NCBI RefSeq assembly: GCF_000737315.1
Contig: NZ_JMCB01000029.1
Location: 1 to 64,000, forward strand
Source: Hyalangium minutum
GTDB lineage: Bacteria > Myxococcota > Myxococcia > Myxococcales > Myxococcaceae
DNA: 64,000 bases
Direction: 5' to 3'
Shown here piece after piece: positions 56,883 to 64,000 of this stretch (position 1 is the stretch's first letter; each line of letters opens with the position of its first letter). Below the pieces are notes generated by a model that saw only the letters and a list, made by a program, of their open reading frames with translations, made no database searches and was not told where the DNA came from. Both the position numbers and the translations under genes were made by a program.

Positions 56883-57839
56883 ATGGCGGACCCAGTTCAA
56901 GAGGCAGTCGATGCCATGGAGAAGCACACCGGCACGGTGCAGGGGTACCGCCGGGCCCATCCCAGAGGGCTGGTGTTCCACGCGACCTTTACTCCGACGC
57001 CTGAAGCCCGGCCGCTGACGGCCGCGGAGCACTTCCAGGGTCCTCCTGTGCATACGCTCGTGCGGTTCTCGAACGCCTCGGGGAGCCCCCATGCTCCAGA
57101 CCGGGGCTCGGATCGCCAGGGGGCAGTGCTGGGCCTGGCGGTGCGGTTCGATCTGCCCTCCGGGAAGCACGCCACGTGGGCCGCCGCGAACATCCCGGCC
57201 TTCGTCGCCCGCACTCCCGAGGAGTTCCTCCAGGTCACCCGGGCGCAGCGGCCGAACGCCTCGCCCCATCCCCTGCGCATGCTCGGGTACATCCTGACGC
57301 ATCTCCATGCGCTCCCGGGCATCCGGGGGATTGTCGGCACCAAGCCAGCGCCCAGCTTTGCCCACTGCCAGTACAACAGTGTCCACGCCTACCATCTGGT
57401 GGATGCGCAGGGGCAGCGCAGGGCCTTTCGCTACCGCTGGGTGCCCTCGGCGGGAGCCGCCACCTTGAGCCCGGCGGAGGCTCGAAAGCGCCCGGAGCAG
57501 TACCTGCTCGACGAGCTCCGGGAGCGTGTCAGCCGCGAGCGCGTCACGTTCAACCTCGTCTTCCAGCTGGCCAACCCAGGTGATCCGACCCACGACGCCA
57601 CCCGGCCATGGCCCGAGGATCGGCAGAAAATCCCGGCGGGGCAGCTGGTGATCGACTCGCTGTACGAGGATCAGCGGGAGTCCGAGCGGTTCGTCTTCGA
57701 TCCCACCGGAGTGGTGCCAGGCATCGAGCTGTCCGATGATCCGATCCTGCACTTCCGCGCGAAGGTGTACTCAGAGTCCTACAACCGCCGCTCTTCCGAA
57801 ACGAAGCCGGAGCCCAAGCCCGCTGACCTGCGGCAATGA
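56883..57839 (+). CDS. Catalase-related peroxidase (SrpA-like)
   Basis: RRAHPRG (distal His), VRFSNASG, GLAVRF and FDP...VPGIELSDDPIL.FR..VY..S (proximal Tyr). Confidence 0.85.
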   Translation: MADPVQEAVDAMEKHTGTVQGYRRAHPRGLVFHATFTPTPEARPLTAAEHFQGPPVHTLVRFSNASGSPHAPDRGSDRQGAVLGLAVRFDLPSGKHATWAAANIPAFVARTPEEFLQVTRAQRPNASPHPLRMLGYILTHLHALPGIRGIVGTKPAPSFAHCQYNSVHAYHLVDAQGQRRAFRYRWVPSAGAATLSPAEARKRPEQYLLDELRERVSRERVTFNLVFQLANPGDPTHDATRPWPEDRQKIPAGQLVIDSLYEDQRESERFVFDPTGVVPGIELSDDPILHFRAKVYSESYNRRSSETKPEPKPADLRQ

Positions 57840-57950
57840 GCGTCCTTCCAAGCCTGGCCATCGCTGTGTTCTGGCGCCGCGAACTTCGGCGAGCAGCTCA
57901 CGTTTGATGGCCGCGGCTGGGGCTGGACCGCGCTCGAACCTTCGCTTCCG

Positions 57951-59396
57951 CTAGCGCGCCTGGGGGAAGTGGCGGCGGCGCAGCTGGTCCACCAGTTCCT
58001 GGGTGGCGGGGGTATAGGCCACCCGCCCCTCCTGGGACTCGGGCGCCTGCGCCCCAACGAACGAGGGCGCTTCGGCGGCGCTGTCCGTGAGCTGGAAGTA
58101 GCCCTCGGGCGGCTGCTCGCCCTCCTGGCCGATGAGCCCGATGGGCCCGGAGCCATGGCGCCGCCGGAAGAGGATGGGGGCGCCCGGCACGCTCTGCTTG
58201 CCCTCGGCGGCCTCGTTGCCGAACTTCATGGTCGGCGTGTGGCCCGTAAGGGACAGCTTGTAGATGGCCGCCACCCGGTCGCGCGTGAAGGGGCACTCCA
58301 TGGTGCGCGCGACGATGTGGCCGCCGTAGCCGTAGAACTGCGCGGAGGGCTCCCAGCCCACCTGGCGGCGCAGCTCCTCGAACTCGCGGGTGGCGGCGGC
58401 GTCCAGGCCGTCCTCGAGGATGTTCACGGGGCGCACGCCGAGGTCCCGCGCCTGGGTGACGGCGTAGAGGTACTGGAGCTTCTTGTTGCCCGAGTCGAAG
58501 CGGATGGAGTCCCCTCGGTTCGGCTCCTCGCGCATCAGCCGGTAGGCGGCGGGCAGGCCCGAGGCCAGCGTGTCATAGGTGTCCAGCAGGTAGCTGGAGC
58601 GCTGGGGCCGGCGCTCGCGCATGGCGCGGAAGGCGGCCTCGTCCGAGCCGTAGCGCTGGATGTGCTCGTGGCCCATGGTGCCCACCGGGATCATCCCCAG
58701 CTTGCGAGCGCCCTCCACGTTGGAGGTGCGCGCCACGCCCGCCTCCTTGCAGGCGCGCAGGGCAAGCTCATGCTGCTCCAGGCAAGTGGCGGCGCGCAGG
58801 CCCACCTCGAAGATGCGGTTCGGATCCTCGACGATCTCCACCAGCTCGCGCACCTGGGCCAGCACGCGCTGGGAGTAGGCCTCGGGGTCGGCGCGCATGG
58901 GCACGGGCTTGACGCCCACGGCGTCCAGCGTCTCCAGCGCGATGCGCTTCTGCTCCTCGCAGGTGAGCACGGCGAGGGCTCGGGCCAGCGTGTCCCGATC
59001 CGCGAGCGCCTGGGTGGCCACCTGGATGCGGAAGTTGAGCTGGATCAGCAGCGGCTCGATCCAGGAGACCAGGGCCGAGGGTCCGCAGAGCGAGAGCACG
59101 GGCTCCTTCGGGTAGAAGAGCGCGCCGCGAGGCAAGGCGTGGATGACGAGCCTTTCCTTGTTCTGGATGGCGGCCTTGAAGCCGACGCCCATCTCGTAGT
59201 CATTGCGCGAGAGGAACTCATAGTCCTCGGGCTTGGGATCGGGCAGCAGGCCACGCACGAAGGCAGGGATGTCCAGAGGTACGATCTGGAGACCGCCCTT
59301 GCGGTGCGTGTAATAGAAGGTCTCCTTGCGAAGTGGCCACCCCGCCTCCGCCATGCTGAACTTGTAGCCGTCCGTCGCGAGCAGCGATGTCCCCAT
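57951..59396 (-). CDS. pncB: Nicotinate phosphoribosyltransferase-like protein
   Basis: LLATDGYKFSM, GTMGHE.IQ, LLDTYD, IRFDSG and EDGL motifs. Confidence 0.75.
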   Translation of the reverse strand: MGTSLLATDGYKFSMAEAGWPLRKETFYYTHRKGGLQIVPLDIPAFVRGLLPDPKPEDYEFLSRNDYEMGVGFKAAIQNKERLVIHALPRGALFYPKEPVLSLCGPSALVSWIEPLLIQLNFRIQVATQALADRDTLARALAVLTCEEQKRIALETLDAVGVKPVPMRADPEAYSQRVLAQVRELVEIVEDPNRIFEVGLRAATCLEQHELALRACKEAGVARTSNVEGARKLGMIPVGTMGHEHIQRYGSDEAAFRAMRERRPQRSSYLLDTYDTLASGLPAAYRLMREEPNRGDSIRFDSGNKKLQYLYAVTQARDLGVRPVNILEDGLDAAATREFEELRRQVGWEPSAQFYGYGGHIVARTMECPFTRDRVAAIYKLSLTGHTPTMKFGNEAAEGKQSVPGAPILFRRRHGSGPIGLIGQEGEQPPEGYFQLTDSAAEAPSFVGAQAPESQEGRVAYTPATQELVDQLRRRHFPQAR

Positions 59397-59548
59397 CCAG
59401 TCTCTCTGCCTCCTGAAGGAGAGCGTATCAGGGGTTCCTCTGGGTTGTTCGGGAGATCCACGAGATGCGAGGCGGTGTCGCTCCCTGATGGAGGAGCCCC
59501 TTGCATCGGAGGACGTGTCTCACTCCGGGAAGCATCCCGTGGGCCTGT

Positions 59549-60025
59549 ATGCTTGTGCTGCTCACCCTCCTGCTCGCTGGGTGCTCGGGCACGCCGCCAG
59601 GCGTGCGCCTGGTCCGGCCCGCTCCCGATGCCACCGTGGCCACCGCCTGGGAGGCGCGCTCATGTTCGACACGCAGGGGCGCCCCATCGCCTCCGGGAGT
59701 GGAGGCTTCCGCCGCTACATCGCCCGGCGGGAGACGGACGGCACCTGGACGGATCTGATCACCGGGGATGCGCTCGAGTCTTGCCTGAGCACCGGTGTCT
59801 CGAGCCAGATCATCACCCAGGCCCCGGATGGGATGACCTACGCCCTGTGTGGCGCCAACGGACAGCTGGTCCGGCGCGAGAGCAACGGGTGGACGGCCGC
59901 TGGGGGCTCCGCTGTCGGCTTCCTCCTCCCCGTTGAGCCTCATGCTCGTCCTGGACGGGCTGGGCCGTCCGGTGGCCCTGGCCACGTACCCGCTGACGAA
60001 GGAACACGAGGCCGTGACTCATTAT
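59549..60025 (+). pseudogene. Degraded lipoprotein gene spread over three frames
   Basis: MLVLLTLLLAG-C lipobox, then a frameshift into MFDTQGRP...TWTDL...GWT and a second shift into LMLVLDGLGRPVALA (propeller-like strands). Confidence 0.45.
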
Positions 60026-60037
60026 CCGCACGGATGC

Positions 60038-60526
60038 TCAACGCCAGCGCTGGAAATTGCCGCCGTTGCACCCCAACGTATAAACGTCGCCGCTGGTATT
60101 GCTGTCCAGACAGTATCCGGTGGCCACGTTTCTCATTTCGTATCCGAAAGCCCCCTTGTAGGTCACGACCCACTGCTGGTAACTGCCACCATTGCAGGGC
60201 AAAGTGTAGACATTGCCGTTGTTATTACTGTCCAGACACCATCCGGTTGCTTGATTGCGAATCTGGTCCCCGAATGTGAGCGGAGTGTTCGTCCAGTTCT
60301 GATACGCCCCCCTGTTACAGCCCAGCGTGTAAACGTTCCCGTTGCTGTTACTGTCGAGACAGCGCAGCGTGGCAGTATTTACCCAGGGCAATGGTCCCCT
60401 TCTTATCTCCGATGCCACCTCCGCGAGGGGCTCGCCATTGCTCAGTTCGTCGCTCGGGGCAGCTGAACAGGCGGAGAGCGAGAGAATCCAACCCAGCAGC
60501 GAAATACCAGCGATCTTTCTGTTCAT
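60038..60526 (-). CDS. Ricin-type beta-trefoil lectin, actinohivin-like, with a lipoprotein signal
   Basis: Three modules of CLDSNxxGxVYTLxCNxGx(Y/F)QxW, lipobox LSLSA-C, GC clearly below the flanks. Confidence 0.88.
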   Translation of the reverse strand: MNRKIAGISLLGWILSLSACSAAPSDELSNGEPLAEVASEIRRGPLPWVNTATLRCLDSNSNGNVYTLGCNRGAYQNWTNTPLTFGDQIRNQATGWCLDSNNNGNVYTLPCNGGSYQQWVVTYKGAFGYEMRNVATGYCLDSNTSGDVYTLGCNGGNFQRWR

Positions 60527-60586
60527 GACAACTCCATGTCCATGAAGGCCGCTCGCTGTAGCGCCAGAGGCCGCCCCGTGTGCAGG

Positions 60587-60644
60587 ACTGTTCGGAAATG
60601 TCGGGATTTCTCAGGCTCCAAAACCCCCGACATTTTCGAACAGT
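60587..60644. repeat. 18/19-bp inverted repeat with a 20-nt spacer, upstream of the lectin gene
   Basis: ACTGTTCGGAAATGTCGGG (60587-60605) versus CCCGACATTTTCGAACAGT (60626-60644). Confidence 0.85.
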
Positions 60645-60800
60645 GGGCCAGCGGACCCGACCGGCCGGACCAATGCCCCCGCTGTACTCAGGGCCCTCCG
60701 CACCTACGGATCGGGTGCACGAGAAACCTTGCTGACGCTCCCCTTATGATGCGCCGAGCTTCCTCCCGCCAATTGCCTGCCCTCGCCTGTCCAGGACTCC

Positions 60801-61961
60801 ATGCCCCCGGCCTCATCCCGCCGCCTGCTGTTCGCTCTCGCCCTCAGCCTCGGCGTGCATGCAGCGGTGTGGCTCGTGCTGGCGGCCCGCGGCCGGGAGT
60901 CCTCGGAGCAGCGCCCGGTCCCTCCTCCTACTCCGGGGATGCTCCAGTTCGTCGAGGTAGAGGTCTCGCCTCCCCCCAAGCCTCCGGAGCCTCCACCGCC
61001 TCCTCCCAAGCCGGAGCCCGCGCGTCCTCCTCGCGCCGCACCGAAGCCCCTTGCCGCGGTAACGCCTCCTGTTCCGCCTCCACCTGCGTCCGAGGCTCCC
61101 GCTCCTCCCGCGCCCGCCCCCGTGACGGATGCGCCCCGAGCCGATGCGCCCCTCTCAGCAGATACGCCTCGACTCGGAGGGCCGCGCCTCGCCCCTTCAC
61201 TCTCGCTCACACCCGGCGGCGAGGTCGCCGTCTCGCCCTCTGCCACGGGAGTGCCCCAAGGACTCCCGGCCCAATCCGCGCAGCAGGTGGTGGACACGCT
61301 CACCCAGGAGACGCTCGGCAAGGGCAAGGTGCAGCGCGGTCTGGTGCACCCCTACTTCACCCAACTCGGAAAGAGCCTGCTCAAATCGTGGGACGCCGAG
61401 CGCGCCGTCACCTCGCACGGCCTCAAGGGCTTCCTGGAGCAGGCCCAGGAGAACAGCAAGGCGTGGAACTCCATCTGGAGAGACCGGGCCGCGGCCTACG
61501 GAGCCTCGGGCTCGCCGCTGGAGGCGGACCCCGCGCTGAAGCCGGACCGCAGGCCCCCGAACGCGCTCTCCAATCCCAACCTGGAGGCGCGTCGCACCAT
61601 GCGCCAGCAGATGCGCGAGGAGTTCCAGTCCACCCGCCGCGCCGTCATCCGCGTGGTGCAGGACGCGCAGGGGCGGCTCTTGGAGGTGACGCTCGTGTCT
61701 CCCAGCAACAATGCTCAGGTGGACAAGGAGGCCATGAAGGACGTGCGCACCGCCGCCGAGCAGCTCCCGCCCCCGCCTCCTGAGGCGCTCGCGGGCAAGC
61801 AGACGCTCACAAGCCTCTGGCAGTTCGAGCTGATCATCTCCATCACCCCACCGGTGCCCACGCTCAGCTTCGAGTTCGACGAGGCGCTGAAGTTCGTGGA
61901 CATGCGGCTGCCGCTGGACCGGCGCATCTACAAGCGTGTGCGGCTGCTCTCGGTCCAGTGA
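60801..61961 (+). CDS. TonB/TolA-like protein (N-terminal TM, Pro-rich linker, TonB_C-like domain)
   Basis: ALSLGVHAAV TM motif with the conserved S/H, a long Pro-rich segment and V.QDAQG.LLEV.LVSPS...VDKEA...V. Confidence 0.7.
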   Translation: MPPASSRRLLFALALSLGVHAAVWLVLAARGRESSEQRPVPPPTPGMLQFVEVEVSPPPKPPEPPPPPPKPEPARPPRAAPKPLAAVTPPVPPPPASEAPAPPAPAPVTDAPRADAPLSADTPRLGGPRLAPSLSLTPGGEVAVSPSATGVPQGLPAQSAQQVVDTLTQETLGKGKVQRGLVHPYFTQLGKSLLKSWDAERAVTSHGLKGFLEQAQENSKAWNSIWRDRAAAYGASGSPLEADPALKPDRRPPNALSNPNLEARRTMRQQMREEFQSTRRAVIRVVQDAQGRLLEVTLVSPSNNAQVDKEAMKDVRTAAEQLPPPPPEALAGKQTLTSLWQFELIISITPPVPTLSFEFDEALKFVDMRLPLDRRIYKRVRLLSVQ

Positions 61962-62026
61962 GGTGGGCCAAGAAGCCCCGCGTTCCAGGCTTCAGGAACG
62001 CAGGGCCGCGACTCACGAATGAGACG

Positions 62027-62569
62027 TCAGGACGGTTCCGGCGACTTCGCTCCGTCGCTCACGCCGGGCAGCTGGGCGGTGAGCGCCTCGGCCAGCAGCA
62101 GCATCTGCTCCAGGGGGATGCCTTGGATGTCCACCACGGCCTTGCCCTTCTGGTTGCGAAGCGCGAGCTTCACCAGCGTGCCCTTGCCCTTGGGGAAGCG
62201 CTGCGCCACCGCCTCGGAGTACTGCTCGGCCAGCGCCACCTTCTCCGGCTACAGCGGCTTGCTGGAGGTGGGCCGATGCTTGCGCTGCAGAGCCCGGCGC
62301 ATCTGGTCCACGCTGCACGCTCCGAACGGCTGCTCGGTGACATTCCCGTTCTCATCCGGCACCTCGATAGGCGTGGGGCCCGGCTCCTCGTGGTTCAGCT
62401 CCAGCCCGGCCGCCTCCGCGTACATCAGCAGCACGGAGAGGCACGTGACGCCGAAGCGCCGCGCCACCGGCTCGCTGAAGTTCTCCGCCACCGTCCCGTA
62501 CACCTTCAGCGTCGGCAGGGACAGGTCCGCCAGGTGCTGGCTGAAGTACTCCGCCACGTCCTTGTAGCC
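62027..62569 (-). pseudogene. Pseudogene of a myxobacterial hypothetical family (5'-truncated, internal amber stop)
   Basis: GYKDVAEYFSQHL...RRFGVTCL...PTSSKPL*PEKVALAE... with an in-frame TAG at 62251-62249. Coding-like sequence continues to TGA 62027. Confidence 0.65.
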
Positions 62570-62699
62570 CGAAAATAGTCCCCCTCCCTGCGGCGGTGGG
62601 GGTTCTCTAACCTGTTGAATGAACAGGCGAGCACGGGGAGCTCCTGGGTGGAACGGACCTGGACGGGGTGCGTCTGTTCGAGGGATTGCCGCACGACCG

Positions 62700-62970
62700 C
62701 CGCCCCGAGTGCACTCCCAGACGGGTTCCTCCCAACCGTCACGAGGCTGCCAGCGCTCAAGCTCCCAGAGTCTCTGCGCTCGCCAGAGATTCCGTATCAC
62801 CTGGGTTGGCTGAACTACGGGTCAGCCGCTACCGCAGAAGCCATCGGGTTCCCTGACCCTGCCCGCGACTTGGAACTGCTCTCGCGGGCGCGGCGCACGT
62901 CGTCGGGCGGATGGGTCGTGCAGCTCACCGATGCGCCGCTCGATCTCGACAACCCCGCGCACCTGGACCC
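62700..62970 (+). pseudogene. C-terminal fragment of a DUF5953-like (SitI-type) immunity protein
   Basis: LPALKLPE..RSPEIP..LGWLNY.SAA.A.AIGFPDPARD..LLSRARRT.SGGWVVQLTDAPLDLDNPAHL; the family N-terminus and end are missing. Confidence 0.65.
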
Positions 62971-63062
62971 GAGGCGGCGGGAATCAACCCCGCCGCTTGG
63001 AACTTCTGCTGAGAGCGCTCCGACTCGGTCGATCAAGGAGCCCAGGCCCGGAACGGGTGGAT

Positions 63063-64000
63063 TCATTCCATCTGGCGCAGTGCTTCCTCCATCGCGGTGC
63101 GCAGCTCCGAGCCGTGCAGATGGGCCAGCTCGGCCAGGGGCCGCGTACGCGCCAACTCTCTCGCCACCAGGTAGCCCACGAAGTAGCCGCTCCGAGCGGG
63201 GATGTCCTGGCGGGGGGAGTTTCCCAGGAAGAACGCCTGGTAGTCCTCGGGGGACTTCGAGTCGAGCTTCACGCGCAGCTCCGCGGCCAGCTTCGGCAGC
63301 AACGCCCGGGCCCGCGCCGGCATTTCCTCGGGCAGCCCGAAGACCATGCGCTCGGAGACTCCTGGATTGAGCGCCTGCGCCACGTATGTCGCCAGCCCCT
63401 CGTGCCACAAGGCCCCCGCCACCGTATCCTCTGTCCCAAGGTCAGAAAACTGCTCCTGGTAGATGTGGAAGAGCTCGTGATCGAAGAAGGACTCCGCGTC
63501 CGCCGTGGGGCCGTAGATGGCGGCGATCACATCCACCCCGAACAGCAGCGCCGTCCTGCCCTTCACCTGACGGGTCGCCCCGTCGAACGCGCCCAGCGAG
63601 TTGAGGAAGTAGATCTCGCCCGTGTAGTTCAGGTCCGGGAAGGTCTGGCGGAAGCGTGCCTCGTAGAATGGGAGCTTCTGGCGCAGCTCCTCGGACAGCC
63701 GCCGCATCGTGTCGAAGTGGGGCGACACCCACTGCCAGTACTTCGGATAGCGCCTCGCCAGCTCCGCCTCGAAGGGCTGCTTCGCGTCGAAGCCCAGCAC
63801 CTCGGCGGTGTAGAGCGCCGGGTGCGCCGCCACCACCTGCTCCCGGAAGAGTCGCACCTGCTCGGCCTGTTCCAGCCCCTGTGCCTGCTCCCAGTACTGC
63901 CAGAACGTGGGCATGGCGTCCACCACGCGATAGGTGGACGGAGAAGCCCTGGCCGGGACAGTGGCAGACGGCACGCAGCAGAGCATGGCCAGGCAGACGA
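63063..64000 (-). CDS. DUF2268-like putative Zn-dependent protease (start probably just outside the window)
   Basis: HELFH zincin motif, EGLATY and RSGYFVGY motifs. The frame stays open to the window end. Confidence 0.72.
   Translation of the reverse strand, partial: VCLAMLCCVPSATVPARASPSTYRVVDAMPTFWQYWEQAQGLEQAEQVRLFREQVVAAHPALYTAEVLGFDAKQPFEAELARRYPKYWQWVSPHFDTMRRLSEELRQKLPFYEARFRQTFPDLNYTGEIYFLNSLGAFDGATRQVKGRTALLFGVDVIAAIYGPTADAESFFDHELFHIYQEQFSDLGTEDTVAGALWHEGLATYVAQALNPGVSERMVFGLPEEMPARARALLPKLAAELRVKLDSKSPEDYQAFFLGNSPRQDIPARSGYFVGYLVARELARTRPLAELAHLHGSELRTAMEEALRQME

Noticed and set aside
57951-59396. The PncB-like gene as a phage NAD-reconstitution (anti-defence) gene
   Set aside because: It has host-like GC and codon usage, and there are no phage genes or adenylyltransferase partner nearby.
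62615-63370. 251-aa ORF as an intact protein
   Set aside because: Only about 75 aa resemble DUF5953. The rest is read-through into the antisense of the DUF2268-like gene.

Overview
A high-GC (about 68-70% by eye) chromosomal window from a myxobacterium. MYXO-CTERM sorting tails, a Pph1-like PP2C phosphatase and DUF5953-type immunity debris point to Cystobacterineae. Most of it is core or semi-core: trmL, a PP2C phosphatase, amgK-murU, cbs and cystathionine gamma-lyase, grxC, udgX, RlmK- and RlmI-like methyltransferases, fxsA, glycerate kinase, NAD-salvage enzymes, ECF/FecR, MFS/LysR and iorAB. There are three accessory zones. (1) 9.4-13.1 kb, between the convergent cbs and cgl genes: a hairpin-rich intergenic stretch, a lone Mrr-like nuclease with an unrecognised N-terminal domain, an IS3 remnant, a truncated JAB/DUF4329-like lipoprotein, and two small two-cysteine lipoproteins that look remotely homologous. 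(2) 43-51 kb: a guanidine-III riboswitch with gdx, an RNase T2 lipoprotein, and a eukaryote-style single-chain molybdo-flavoenzyme lacking the xanthine-specificity residues, followed by a secreted CxxCH protein of unknown family. (3) 59.4-63 kb: pseudogenes, an actinohivin-like three-module lectin with a long inverted repeat upstream, and immunity-gene debris. I found no tRNA, rRNA, CRISPR array, integrase or reverse transcriptase. All family calls come from motif recognition by eye, not from database searches.
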